Assembly: GCA_037381915.1 (NCBI GenBank)
Contig: JARRQJ010000003.1
Coordinates: 3,917 to 67,916, forward strand
DNA length: 64,000 nucleotides
Origin: Gammaproteobacteria bacterium
GTDB taxonomy: Bacteria; Pseudomonadota; Gammaproteobacteria; DRLM01
Direction of reading: 5' to 3'
Shown here: positions 1 through 11,346 of the stretch, piece after piece
Layout: each line of letters begins with the position of its first letter
Numbering within the stretch: position 1 is the stretch's first letter
Made by a program: the position numbers and the translations under genes
The notes under the pieces: model-generated
Database searches by the model: none
Told to the model about the DNA's origin: nothing
Seen by the model: the letters and a program-made list of their open reading frames with translations, nothing else

Positions 1-787
1 CCGGCAGGCGCCCCAACACATTATATGATTGCCCGGGCCCGTGGTAATCCGAGCCCATCGAGGCCCGCAGTTCATAGAGCCGGGCATAATTGGCCAGTGC
101 GGAAGCGGCACCCCGGGAATGGCTGCCCGAGATCACCTCCAGGGCTGCGCCGCCTAACTCCTTGAACTCCGACAACAACTCGCGAAAACGCGCGGCGCTC
201 AGTGAATAACGCGCGGGGTGAGCGATGACCGCCTGCCCGCCCGCCGCGCGGATCCAGCCGACGGTGTCGGGCAGGGATGCCCATTGCCCCGGCACATGAC
301 CGGGTTTACCGCGCTTCAAGTACTTATCAAAGGCATGCTGCATGTCCTTCGCCTTTCCCTGGGCCACCAGAAATCGGGCGAAATGGGTCCGGCCGATGCT
401 GGGACCTGTCGCCAGCGCCTGCGCCCCGGCGTAGGCCCCCGCAATTCCCCGCTTTTCGAGACGCCGCCCCATCTCCTCGGCGCGCCACACGCGAAAATCC
501 CGCAATCCCGCCAGACCCCGCTGTAATGCTTCATTTCCCGGATCAATGCCCAGACCGACGATATGCAGCAACTGATGCCCCCAGCTCACGGAGATTTCCA
601 CCCCGGACACCAGCGTCACCCCCGCTTCCCGCGCCGCCTGTTCAGCTTCCGCCAGGCCGGTGGTAACATCGTGGTCTGTCAGGGCCAGCACATCCACGCC
701 TTGGGACGCGGCGTACCGCACCACGTCGCGGGGTGACGCCGTCCCATCGGAAGCCGTGGAATGACTATGGAGATCGTAACGCAACAT
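1..787 (-). CDS. PHP-domain phosphoesterase (TrpH/YciV family); 3' end lies beyond the window edge
   Basis: Absent from the ORF track because it runs off the window. My reverse translation from the ATG at 785-787 gives MLRYDLHSHSTASDGTASPRDVVRYAASQGVDVLALTDHDVTTGL...GVEISVSW...IAHPARY, which contains the PHP metal-binding motifs (DLHxHSxxSDG, LAxTDHD). The frame stays open to base 1. Confidence 0.8.
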   Translation of the reverse strand, partial: MLRYDLHSHSTASDGTASPRDVVRYAASQGVDVLALTDHDVTTGLAEAEQAAREAGVTLVSGVEISVSWGHQLLHIVGLGIDPGNEALQRGLAGLRDFRVWRAEEMGRRLEKRGIAGAYAGAQALATGPSIGRTHFARFLVAQGKAKDMQHAFDKYLKRGKPGHVPGQWASLPDTVGWIRAAGGQAVIAHPARYSLSAARFRELLSEFKELGGAALEVISGSHSRGAASALANYARLYELRASMGSDYHGPGQSYNVLGRLP

Positions 788-886
788 CCGCTTACCCACC
801 CGGTCTACCTAAGTTAAGCGCCCACATAGGATTCCGTGTATGATACGGGATTTTTGCAGTCTCTGCGCGGCGCACGCACGTAAGTC

Positions 887-1450
887 ATGAAATTATTATT
901 TGATTTTTTCCCGATCTTCATATTCTTCGTCGTCTATAAACTGTACGATATCTTCGTCGCCACCGCCGCGCTGATGATCAGCGCCGTGGTGCAGGTCGGC
1001 TGGTCCTGGTTTCGTCATCGCCGTGTCGACACCTTGTACTGGGTTACCCTGGGCTTGACCCTGGCGCTGGGCGGCGCCACCTTATTGCTGAAGGATGAAA
1101 CCTTCATCAAATGGAAACCCACTGTGGTAAACTGGTTGTTCGCCGCGGCATTCCTCATCAGTCAATACGTCGGGTCCAAACCCATCCTGCAACGCATGAT
1201 GGCGAACAACATCAGCCTGCCCGACGTAATCTGGGCGCGCCTCAACTGGAGTTGGATCATTTTCTTCACGGCGATGGGCGTGCTCAATCTCTACGTGGCA
1301 TTTTCGGGACAATTCAGCGACGACGCCTGGGTAAATTTCAAATTGTTCGGGATGATGGGATTGACCATTGTCTTTCTCATCGGCCAGGCGTTTTATCTCA
1401 GCCGCCACATCAAACCCGAGCAGGATCACGATACGCAGGAAGGTCAATAG
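887..1450 (+). CDS. yciB: intracellular septation protein A (YciB/IspZ family inner-membrane protein)
   Basis: 187-aa ORF with several hydrophobic segments. The N-terminus MKLLFDFFPIFIFFVVYKLYDIF and ...KWKPTVVNWLFAAAFL... are typical of YciB. It sits next to the PHP and yciI genes, as in many proteobacteria. Confidence 0.85.
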   Translation: MKLLFDFFPIFIFFVVYKLYDIFVATAALMISAVVQVGWSWFRHRRVDTLYWVTLGLTLALGGATLLLKDETFIKWKPTVVNWLFAAAFLISQYVGSKPILQRMMANNISLPDVIWARLNWSWIIFFTAMGVLNLYVAFSGQFSDDAWVNFKLFGMMGLTIVFLIGQAFYLSRHIKPEQDHDTQEGQ

Positions 1451-1453
1451 CAC

Positions 1454-1753
1454 ATGCTCTACATCATCATGGGAGAAGATGGCAAGGACAGTTTGAGCAA
1501 ACGCGCCGCAAACCGGGCGGCGCACCTGCAACGCCTCCACGAGTTGCGGGACCAAGGGCGATTGGTTCTGGCGGGACCAATGCCGGCGGTCGACGCCGTG
1601 GATCCGGGCCCGGCCGGATTCACCGGCAGCGTCATCGTGGCCGAATTTCCCTCCCTGGCGGACGCGCAAAGCTGGGCCGATGCCGAACCGTATCTGAGCG
1701 GCGGTGTCTATACGCACGTCACCGTGAAACCCTTCAAGAAGGTTTTACCGTGA
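1454..1753 (+). CDS. YciI-like family protein
   Basis: 99-aa ORF starting 3 nt after yciB. It has the YciI-like pattern (...RAAHL..L..L...G.LVLAGP...[21 protein letters not shown]). Confidence 0.7.
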   Translation: MLYIIMGEDGKDSLSKRAANRAAHLQRLHELRDQGRLVLAGPMPAVDAVDPGPAGFTGSVIVAEFPSLADAQSWADAEPYLSGGVYTHVTVKPFKKVLP

Positions 1754-2070
1754 TGACACAAACGGAGCGTATGCTGCGCATCCGCGAACGGCTCACTGCC
1801 AAGTTGCAGCCGCTGCAACTGGAAATCGTCGACGACAGCCACTTGCACGCCGGCCACGCCGGCGCGCGCGGCGGTGCGGGACATTTTACCATCCACATCG
1901 TCGCGCAGGGCTTCGCCGATAAGACGCTCATCGAGCGTCATCGCATGATTTACGAGTTATTACAGGATATGATGCACAGCGAAATCCATGCCTTGAGCAT
2001 TCAGGCGCGCAGCCCTAGTGAGCTTCAAGCCTCTAAACCCACGACAACACAAGGACCCATTCATGATTGA
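1753..2070 (+). CDS. bolA: BolA family protein
   Basis: ATG at 1753 overlaps the yciI-like stop (TGATG). The translation [38 protein letters not shown]...HFTIHIVAQGFADKTLIERHRMIYELL...IHALSIQ resembles E. coli BolA (..VVDES..H....SHF.V..VS..F.G...L.RHRMIY..L....VHAL.L). Confidence 0.8.
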   Translation: MTQTERMLRIRERLTAKLQPLQLEIVDDSHLHAGHAGARGGAGHFTIHIVAQGFADKTLIERHRMIYELLQDMMHSEIHALSIQARSPSELQASKPTTTQGPIHD

Positions 2071-2887
2071 TAAACGTTTTATCCCTCTCGTTGCGATCCT
2101 CGCCGGGATAACCTCCGTCTTTTTGCCCTTGAACGCCGCTTACGCCACGAATGCCCATCAGGCCAACGGCGATAAACCCCTGGTCAGCGTCAACGGCGCC
2201 GTTCTCACCAACGGGGATCTGGAGGCGTTTACCAAGGCCATGTCGGCCTCGCGCGGACAGCACGTGTCGCGCACCGAGGCCTTGAATACCCTGATCGACC
2301 GCGAACTGCTCTACCAAGAGGCCCTGTCCAAAGGGATAGATAAGAAGCCTGAGGTACTACAGGAGCTGAACGACCAACGCCGTTCCATGCTGGCCAATAT
2401 AATGATCACGGATATGCTGCGTGCCAAACCGGCCACCGATGCGGAATTGCACAAAATCTACAAGGAGCGCGTGCTGAATCAGAAACTCACCGAGTATAAG
2501 GCGCGCCACATCCTGGTAAAGACCGAAGGCGAGGCCAAGGACATCATCGCCCAGCTGGATAAAGGCGCCGACTTCGCCACGCTGGCCAAGGCAAAATCCA
2601 TCGACACCGGATCCGCGGCGAAGGGTGGCGACCTGGGGTGGTTCAACCCCGCTCAGATGGTGCCCGAATTTTCCAAGGCCATGGAGGCATTGCAGAAGGG
2701 CCACTACACCAAGACCCCGGTGAAGAGCCAGTTCGGCTGGCACGTCATCCTGCGGGAAGACTCGCGTCCGGTCAAGCCGCCCACCTTCGCTGAGATCAAG
2801 CCACGCCTGGAAGGCGTCGTGCAGAGCGAGCGCGTCAGCGCCTACGTGAAAAGCCTGCGCGACAAGGCCAAGATCGAGAACAAATAA
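2063..2887 (+). CDS. parvulin-type peptidyl-prolyl cis-trans isomerase (PpiC/SurA-like, secreted or membrane-anchored)
   Basis: Rotamase core ARHILVKTEGEAKDIIAQLDKGADFATLAKAKSIDTGSAAKGGDLGWF...SQFGWHVI. N-terminal hydrophobic signal or anchor MIDKRFIPLVAILAGITSVFLPLNAAYA. The start was chosen at the internal ATG (2063) of the 2018-2887 ORF. Confidence 0.85.
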   Translation: MIDKRFIPLVAILAGITSVFLPLNAAYATNAHQANGDKPLVSVNGAVLTNGDLEAFTKAMSASRGQHVSRTEALNTLIDRELLYQEALSKGIDKKPEVLQELNDQRRSMLANIMITDMLRAKPATDAELHKIYKERVLNQKLTEYKARHILVKTEGEAKDIIAQLDKGADFATLAKAKSIDTGSAAKGGDLGWFNPAQMVPEFSKAMEALQKGHYTKTPVKSQFGWHVILREDSRPVKPPTFAEIKPRLEGVVQSERVSAYVKSLRDKAKIENK

Positions 2888-2918
2888 AACGCCAGATACA
2901 AAGTCCAGCGGTTGCGTC

Positions 2919-2941
2919 GCCCCCCGCCGATGGCGGGGGGC
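2919..2941. terminator. GC-rich hairpin between convergent ppiC and TPR genes (likely bidirectional terminator)
   Basis: Perfect 10-bp stem GCCCCCCGCC / GGCGGGGGGC with a 3-nt loop (GAT), lying between two convergent stop codons (2887 and 2998). Confidence 0.55.
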
Positions 2942-2997
2942 TGCCGCGACGCCGCGGCGTTACGTCCGGGCGGCAAGCGCCTTCATACGCACCCCGT

Positions 2998-4680
2998 CTA
3001 TGGAAAATTCATTCGCCGCAAGGCCTCGCATACCTCGTCCATGACACCCTGCCAGTCACCCCCGCTCCTCTGCCGGAAAAGCCGTGCACTGGGATACCAC
3101 GGACTGTCGTGCCTTTCCGTCATCCATCTATAATCCGGCGCATACGGAAGCAAAATCCACACCGGCTTACCCAAGGCACCCGCCAGATGCGCGATGACGG
3201 TATCCACTGTTATGACCAAATCCATCTCGGCAACCAGGGCGGCGGTCTCGGCAAAGTCGTGCAATTCTCCCGCATGGGTCGCGAGTTGCGGGTATTCGGA
3301 CATTGCCGCCTCATCCGCCGCCCTCACCTCCTTTTGCAGCGAGTGGTATTCGAAGTCCAGGCGCAACAGAGGTGCCAAGCTTCGCAGGGACAGGCTGCGG
3401 TTGCGTTCATTGGGATGCGCGGGACTGCCGGACCAGGCAATCCCTATACGCGGCCCGCAGCGGCTTCCAAGACGACTGCGCCACTCGCCGCGTTTATCCA
3501 GATCGGCGGCAAGATAGGGTCCCGCAGCCGGAATGGTGTCGAGAGTGGTCCCTAACGCCAAGGGCAGACTCATGAGGGGACAATGGAGATCGAAAACGGG
3601 GAGTGCATCGGTTCGGGTCGCCGGGGTAAACGTAGCATTCAAGCTTCGTAACAGCGTAACCAGGTCGGGGGGTACGCCCAGGATCACTCTGGCGCCCAGC
3701 GCCTCCACCATCGAGACATAACGGACGAATTGAATCACATCGCCAAAACCCTGTTCCGCGTGCAACAGGATGGTCTTCCCCGCTATAGATTGCTCGCCCA
3801 GCCATAAGTCCTGCTTGAAATGCCTGGCGTAGCCCCGGTTTTTGGCGACCCTCCAACGCCACTCGAACAGCGCCCACCCTTCGCGGTATCGGCCCTGCAA
3901 CAGCAAGAGGCGACTTTTATTGAATTGCGCCTCCGCATAATCCGGACTTAGGCCAATCGCCTGATCGTACTCCGCCAGCGCCTCCGCATATCTTTGCATG
4001 TTTTGCAATGCGAAGCCCCGGTTGCCGTGGACCTCGGCCCAGCCGGGCTCGATAGCGAGCGCTGCAGCGAAGCTGTCCAAGGCCGCATCGGACTGCCCGA
4101 GCCGGCAGAGGGCAACGCCGCGCGCGTTATGTATTTCCGCTGATGCAATACCGAGGGAGAGCGCCGTATCATAGGCCGCCAAGGCCTCTTGGTAGCGCTG
4201 CAGACTTGTCAGGGCATTCCCGCGGTTGAAATGGGCCTCGGCATAATCAGATTTTAACGACAGGGCCTGGTCATAGTCGCCCAAGGCCTCCGCGTAACGA
4301 CGAAGGTCTCGCCGTACGTTCCCGCGGTTATTATAGGCGGGAATATATTCTGGTCTGAGGGATAGCGTCTTATTATAACTGGCAAGGGCCGCCTCGGATT
4401 GATTGAGCGCCTGCAGGGCCTTACCCAGATTGTAATGCGCGGCAAAATTTTCGGGCTGAACGTCGGTCGCAGCGAAGAGAAATTTCACCGACTGTTCAAA
4501 ACGCCCCGATTGCCCGTAGAGGACGCCAATCCCCTGCAAGGCATCCGCGTTTCTCGGGTCGGCGATCAGAACCTGCCGATACAGCGCCAAGGCCTCGGGG
4601 AGTCCGCCCTGTTGATGCCGGGACTGGGCCAGTTTGAGCAATGAGGTGATCTCATCATCGACTTCAGAAGACTTGGTCAT
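2998..4680 (-). CDS. TPR-repeat protein with C-terminal glycosyltransferase-like (GT9/GT41-like) domain
   Basis: The N-terminal half is a series of 34-aa TPR units (...AEAHFNRGNALTSLQRYQEALAAYDTALSL...). The C-terminal half has ...GKTILLHAEQGFGDVIQFVRYV... and ...VITVDTVIAHLAGALGKPVWILLP..., typical of heptosyltransferase/SPINDLY-like folds. The start was set at ATG 4680, preceded by AAGGTGG. Confidence 0.75.
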   Translation of the reverse strand: MTKSSEVDDEITSLLKLAQSRHQQGGLPEALALYRQVLIADPRNADALQGIGVLYGQSGRFEQSVKFLFAATDVQPENFAAHYNLGKALQALNQSEAALASYNKTLSLRPEYIPAYNNRGNVRRDLRRYAEALGDYDQALSLKSDYAEAHFNRGNALTSLQRYQEALAAYDTALSLGIASAEIHNARGVALCRLGQSDAALDSFAAALAIEPGWAEVHGNRGFALQNMQRYAEALAEYDQAIGLSPDYAEAQFNKSRLLLLQGRYREGWALFEWRWRVAKNRGYARHFKQDLWLGEQSIAGKTILLHAEQGFGDVIQFVRYVSMVEALGARVILGVPPDLVTLLRSLNATFTPATRTDALPVFDLHCPLMSLPLALGTTLDTIPAAGPYLAADLDKRGEWRSRLGSRCGPRIGIAWSGSPAHPNERNRSLSLRSLAPLLRLDFEYHSLQKEVRAADEAAMSEYPQLATHAGELHDFAETAALVAEMDLVITVDTVIAHLAGALGKPVWILLPYAPDYRWMTERHDSPWYPSARLFRQRSGGDWQGVMDEVCEALRRMNFP

Positions 4681-4724
4681 GCGGCCACCTTGAATCAAAC
4701 ATCGCCCGTTGGTAAAGCGGATCT

Positions 4725-6803
<2,079 letters not shown>

Positions 6804-6891
6804 TTATCAACTAATCCGGGCTTAGGCGAACCGGACAATGTCCACGGCCTCCGATGACCTATATCCGGAAAGTGTGAACTTAGGGAACACC

Positions 6892-7431
6892 ATGAATCCT
6901 CAAACCGTTATAGACTTCTGGTTCCGTGAAATCGAACCGCGGCAGTGGTTTACCAAGGATAGCGAATTCGACCGCCTTATTGAACGGCGCTTTCAAGGCG
7001 TTCACGAAGGGGCACTGAAGTGCGAGTTATTCCCCTGGCGCGATACATCGCAAGGCCGGCTGGCGGAAATCATTGTACTGGACCAATTCTCGCGCAACAT
7101 ATACCGTGATACCCCTCTCGCCTTTGCCTCCGACCCGCTGGCCCTGGTCCTGGCCCAGGAAGCGGTGCGAATCCAAGCCCAGCGCGATCTGCCACCCCAG
7201 CAAAGGCCCTTTCTTTACATGCCGTTCATGCACAGCGAGTCGCCGTTGATTCACGAGCAGGCTGTGGTATTGTTCGGCGAACCTGGGCTGGAGAAGAATC
7301 TGGAGTTCGAACTGCGCCACAAGGACATCATCGACCGCTTCGGCCGCTACCCGCATCGCAATACGGTGCTTGGGCGCGTCTCAACCTCTGATGAGCTGGC
7401 ATTTCTCAAAACGCCGGGCTCTTCGTTTTAA
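6892..7431 (+). CDS. DUF924 family protein
   Basis: MNPQTVIDFWF...W...D..FD..I...F...H........W......GRLAEIIVLDQFSRNIYR matches the DUF924 pattern as I recall it. The start was taken at an internal ATG of the 6838-7431 ORF. Confidence 0.65.
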   Translation: MNPQTVIDFWFREIEPRQWFTKDSEFDRLIERRFQGVHEGALKCELFPWRDTSQGRLAEIIVLDQFSRNIYRDTPLAFASDPLALVLAQEAVRIQAQRDLPPQQRPFLYMPFMHSESPLIHEQAVVLFGEPGLEKNLEFELRHKDIIDRFGRYPHRNTVLGRVSTSDELAFLKTPGSSF

Positions 7432-7443
7432 TTCAAATTAAAT

Positions 7444-10143
7444 TTAATGCCATCTGAGCGGATGAGGGCAGAAATGGGCTGTTGATAAAAACATGCCGAA
7501 ACTGTAGGCTTTGTCGAGGCTGAACGTCGCCGGCGGCATATCGCCTACCGTCCCGGTGTATGTGACACCCGAGCCGATGGTGAAGCCTAGCGAGGCCTCG
7601 GTGGTGCCGCCCACGGTTACACCCTGGGATTCGCCAACCGTGAAACCGAACAGTTCGCCTTCTTCCGTCGTTTTAACGGTGGTTTCATAGTGCAGGCCTA
7701 ATGTGGTGGTCAGGCCTGCCACCTGACTTTCCGAAATCGATACCGACTGGCTGCCCTCACTGGCGCCGATGTCCTTCGGGCCGATGCGCTTGGCATTTGC
7801 ATACCCCAGCATCTGCGAGTAGGTCGGGTACGATTTCGGCACGCCGATAGTATGACTGAGCACGCTGCTGTCGATCTTGTCGCCAATCCCGACCAGACTG
7901 TCGTTATAGAATTGGCGGTCGATCTGCATGGTACGCGGACTGCGCGGCAGGGAAATCACCACATCCTTGCCGACCAAGTCCGGATAAACCGGGTGCGAGA
8001 GAATCTTATAGGTGTATTGGTCATAAGGGACCACCGTGGCCACCACCGTGTCCTCCATGGGACCCGTGGTATAGGTCACCAGCTTGGTCAACTCATAGGC
8101 GTAACTCGCCTCCGCTTTGAGCGAAACACCCACCGACTGTTCCACTTCCGTCTTGACGGAGCCGAACTCAGGTACGCTGACACCACCCGATACCCCGGTG
8201 TGATATGTAACAGATACCTCTTGGGATATTGAAGCATTTGTTCCAGAAGTCGTGCTGCTACCCCATGCCGTGGTGCAGACGTCGGTTACCTGCGAACCGT
8301 CGCTATAGCAAGGTGGCGCGGACAAGACGGCATGCACGATGGGCTCGCTGAACACAATACGGTGCGAACCCTTGCTAAATTTCAGCATCATGCTGTCCTT
8401 GTCCACATTGGCCGGGACCACCATGGGCAGCCCGACATTTGACGCGCCGCTGAACATCTTTTTGGCGTACAGCAGGCCATTGCTGGCATAGTTGGTTCCA
8501 AGCACGTTCTTCTTGCCCCAGAGTCCGGTTTCTGGATCGAATCCCCAGATTGTGACCGCATACGACGTGTCACTGGAGTAGCATTTGCAACCGCTTTTGT
8601 AGGAACTACCAGTGACAACGGGACCGGAATTGTTGTAGACCAGGATATCCTCCTTGCCGTCCGCATTGACATCCGCGGCCGCCATCACCAGGCTGTCGCG
8701 CCGAACCTGGGCGCGTCCGTTGTTACTGTCGCTCTGCTTGAACATGTAGCCGAACGGGATTTTCGCCTCGACCTGCTTCGTGGAAGTATCGGAGGAGTCG
8801 ACCATCATGATGTCCCACGGGTGCGCGGCATGCTTGAAGTCTTCGTATACCACGCCATTGACCTGGATCTCGTCGATCTGATCTCCGTCGATGTCCAGCC
8901 TATTGGCCCAGATGTGGGCTGTCCAACCGTTGTTGCCGCTCTGCTCGCAGCTAGAGGGACCTTGATCGGTATTGTAATCAGTTCCGAGGTTCGCAAATCC
9001 ATTATGCGCGTCATCGAGAACGTACTGGATTACAGGCAGGGCATCGCAATAGACGGGGAAATCAGTCGAATTACTACTACCAGGTGCTCGCGTCAGGCCC
9101 GCCAGTACCACCTCATCCATAGCGTCGCCGTCCACATCCCCCATGGCGATGGTTGCGGTGACTGCATTGTAGGTAGAAGCACCGACATCGCCGGTGACAC
9201 GCCCCGCCCTGATCTCCGCGAAGTTAGCGGATTGGTCGTCGTAAATGTGGTAGTCGCTACGTCCTGTTCCAGGTGAGCCGTTGGTTCCGCCGCCCCACGT
9301 CTCATTGATCACGACGCCGAGTTCCATGCTCGCATCAAGATCGAGTTGGCCAACGGCCAGTTCGATACCCAGGGTACTACCGCCCGGCCCCTGCGTCCCG
9401 GTATAGGTCTTGCTTTTGCTGGAATCGATGCTGTAGGTGGCGGTCTTGCTGCCGATCAGAAAATCCAGTGTCACCGTGCCGGCTTTGTCATCAGCATAGG
9501 CAATAGCGATATCATCTGTGCCGTCGCCATTGAAGTCGCCGCAGATTACTCGTAGCTCGGAGGGGGTTTCGATAGTGGTCAGCACGCTTGTCGGCGACTC
9601 GGCGAAATTCTCCGTTTGATCATCGACGATCTTGAGCCGAATGGCTTTATCGGTGCTATCCCACCATGCCTCTACGATTTCATCGTACCCATCGCCGTCG
9701 ACATCGCCGGCCGCCGAGGCGTTGAGGCTAGAGTCCTTCCAGGTCTGATCCAGGGGACTCGTATTTAGTTTTTTGGTGCTATCCGGTTTATCGGGTACAC
9801 CTGGAACATTGCTGATGCCGGGTTGGAATTTGATGATGTTGACATCGTCATCGGCTGCGGTCAGCGGTAGTCCCGCGATAAACAGTTCATCATTTTTATT
9901 TAAGGTCTTCTTTGCGCCCAAGGGGGCAAAGCTATCCGGCAGCGGATTTGCTTTCTCGTCTACGCGCGCTGTCTGGGTAGTATCGACATTGAGGTTGTGC
10001 AGCGTAGCTGCAACATTGTCCGTGCTCGTTTGATTACCGCTAACACCGCTATTGCCGCCATCCCCTCCGCCTCCGCCACCGCCACCGCATGCCGTCAGAA
10101 CAAACGTCACCATCACACAAAGAATAGAAGCCGCTTTGGTCAT
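7444..10143 (-). CDS. large lipoprotein with FG-GAP (integrin-alpha-like) repeats and a Ser/Thr/Gly-rich beta-type C-terminal region
   Basis: The ATG at 10143 is preceded by GGAGGAG. Lipobox VLTAC followed by Gly8. At least five Ca-binding-type repeats (GDVDGDGYDEIV, GDFNGDGTDDIAIAY, GDVDGDAMDEVVLAG, LDIDGDQIDEIQVNG, ADVNADGKEDILVY). Confidence 0.75.
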   Translation of the reverse strand: MTKAASILCVMVTFVLTACGGGGGGGGDGGNSGVSGNQTSTDNVAATLHNLNVDTTQTARVDEKANPLPDSFAPLGAKKTLNKNDELFIAGLPLTAADDDVNIIKFQPGISNVPGVPDKPDSTKKLNTSPLDQTWKDSSLNASAAGDVDGDGYDEIVEAWWDSTDKAIRLKIVDDQTENFAESPTSVLTTIETPSELRVICGDFNGDGTDDIAIAYADDKAGTVTLDFLIGSKTATYSIDSSKSKTYTGTQGPGGSTLGIELAVGQLDLDASMELGVVINETWGGGTNGSPGTGRSDYHIYDDQSANFAEIRAGRVTGDVGASTYNAVTATIAMGDVDGDAMDEVVLAGLTRAPGSSNSTDFPVYCDALPVIQYVLDDAHNGFANLGTDYNTDQGPSSCEQSGNNGWTAHIWANRLDIDGDQIDEIQVNGVVYEDFKHAAHPWDIMMVDSSDTSTKQVEAKIPFGYMFKQSDSNNGRAQVRRDSLVMAAADVNADGKEDILVYNNSGPVVTGSSYKSGCKCYSSDTSYAVTIWGFDPETGLWGKKNVLGTNYASNGLLYAKKMFSGASNVGLPMVVPANVDKDSMMLKFSKGSHRIVFSEPIVHAVLSAPPCYSDGSQVTDVCTTAWGSSTTSGTNASISQEVSVTYHTGVSGGVSVPEFGSVKTEVEQSVGVSLKAEASYAYELTKLVTYTTGPMEDTVVATVVPYDQYTYKILSHPVYPDLVGKDVVISLPRSPRTMQIDRQFYNDSLVGIGDKIDSSVLSHTIGVPKSYPTYSQMLGYANAKRIGPKDIGASEGSQSVSISESQVAGLTTTLGLHYETTVKTTEEGELFGFTVGESQGVTVGGTTEASLGFTIGSGVTYTGTVGDMPPATFSLDKAYSFGMFLSTAHFCPHPLRWH

Positions 10144-10668
10144 CGTTAACTCCTCCAATTAGCATTCTTAGTTAAGGAACGTCGATGCTAAACGTGACCC
10201 GTGGTAGTTCCCCCCCAAGGCACATGACGCCGCCGTATCGTCGCCCCCTTTATTCCTAGCCATGATCATTTGGATTTAGTATTACCACCAAGCTGTACTC
10301 TTTGGGCTCAGTACATGCTCGACGGTGTGATCCCTTGAAACTGCAAGAAGAATAGCCATTATTTTTGTAAGGGATTGATGGCGCCTGACAACAGCCCTCA
10401 CCCCACTACGACTTATCCAACCAGCGGAATTTCATGGCGCTCCCCCCGGCTGTCACTTCCTTGTCACCGTGCATCAAGGATAATTAGTTGGATAGGACAC
10501 TAACAAAGTCATGTATGTGGCAAAATTAGCCATCTGGCTATTTTCATGTGGCAATCACGATCATATGGAGCACCGTTTGTCATACGTGGCTACCAATAAG
10601 CCTCTTTAAACAAGCGATTAAGGGTAGGAAATCAAGTCGCGGCTGTAAGTAGGGCTTGTTATCACTAA

Positions 10669-11325
10669 ATGGATATCCATCGACAAATGAAAGCACTGAT
10701 AATCGATGACCATCCGGTATTCATCGCCGCCCTGGAAACCCTGCTCAAGAACATGTACCAGGACATCGGTATCGATACTGCCACTTCAGCCGAAGCTGCG
10801 TTACGTCATATCGAATACCATCCCGATTATCAATTCATCCTGCTTGATCTCACCATGCCTGGCCTGGACGGCTTCGCCTTTTTGCGGGCGTTGGAACAAC
10901 GTAAGCTACCGATCCCTATAATCATCATCTCATCCTGCGAAGTGCCGGAAACCATCCACGCCTGCATCAACGCCGGAGCAGTGGGCTATATCCCCAAGTC
11001 CTATGACCTGGAACAGATGGCGCAGGCGATCGAACGTATCCACGACGGTGAAATCTACCTGCCGCAAGCGCTCACGCAAACGAGCGCGCAAACGGACGAG
11101 GCGGCCGTTAGACGGCGTTGCGAGCAAATCGGTATTACCACCAAAACCTACCAGGTTTTGGTGTGGCTGGCCAAAGGCAAGACCAATAAAGAGATCGCCG
11201 ACGAGCTGAATATCTCGGTACATACGGTGAAGGCACATCTGGCCAAACTGTATGAACGACTGCAGACCGGCAATCGGATGGATACGGCGATGGAGGCAAT
11301 ACGCCTGGGCTTGATTGACGGCTGA
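10669..11325 (+). CDS. LuxR/NarL-family two-component response regulator
   Basis: REC domain (ALIIDDHPVF...ILLDLTMPGLDGF...IIIISS) plus C-terminal LuxR HTH (LVWLAKGKTNKEIADELNISVHTVKAHLAKLYERL). Confidence 0.9.
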   Translation: MDIHRQMKALIIDDHPVFIAALETLLKNMYQDIGIDTATSAEAALRHIEYHPDYQFILLDLTMPGLDGFAFLRALEQRKLPIPIIIISSCEVPETIHACINAGAVGYIPKSYDLEQMAQAIERIHDGEIYLPQALTQTSAQTDEAAVRRRCEQIGITTKTYQVLVWLAKGKTNKEIADELNISVHTVKAHLAKLYERLQTGNRMDTAMEAIRLGLIDG

Positions 11326-11346
11326 ACCGTATTCCTTGGTGCGGAG

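Noticed and set aside
218-666. Plus-strand ORFs 218-526 and 277-666 at the left edge.
   Set aside because: They lie antisense to the well-supported PHP-domain gene and have Pro/Arg-rich, low-complexity translations.
10050-10090. A short GC-rich triplet-repeat-like DNA stretch (CCTCCGCCTCCGCCACCGCCACCGC).
   Set aside because: It is simply the coding sequence of the Gly8 tether after the lipobox Cys of the FG-GAP lipoprotein. It is not a CRISPR or a satellite repeat.
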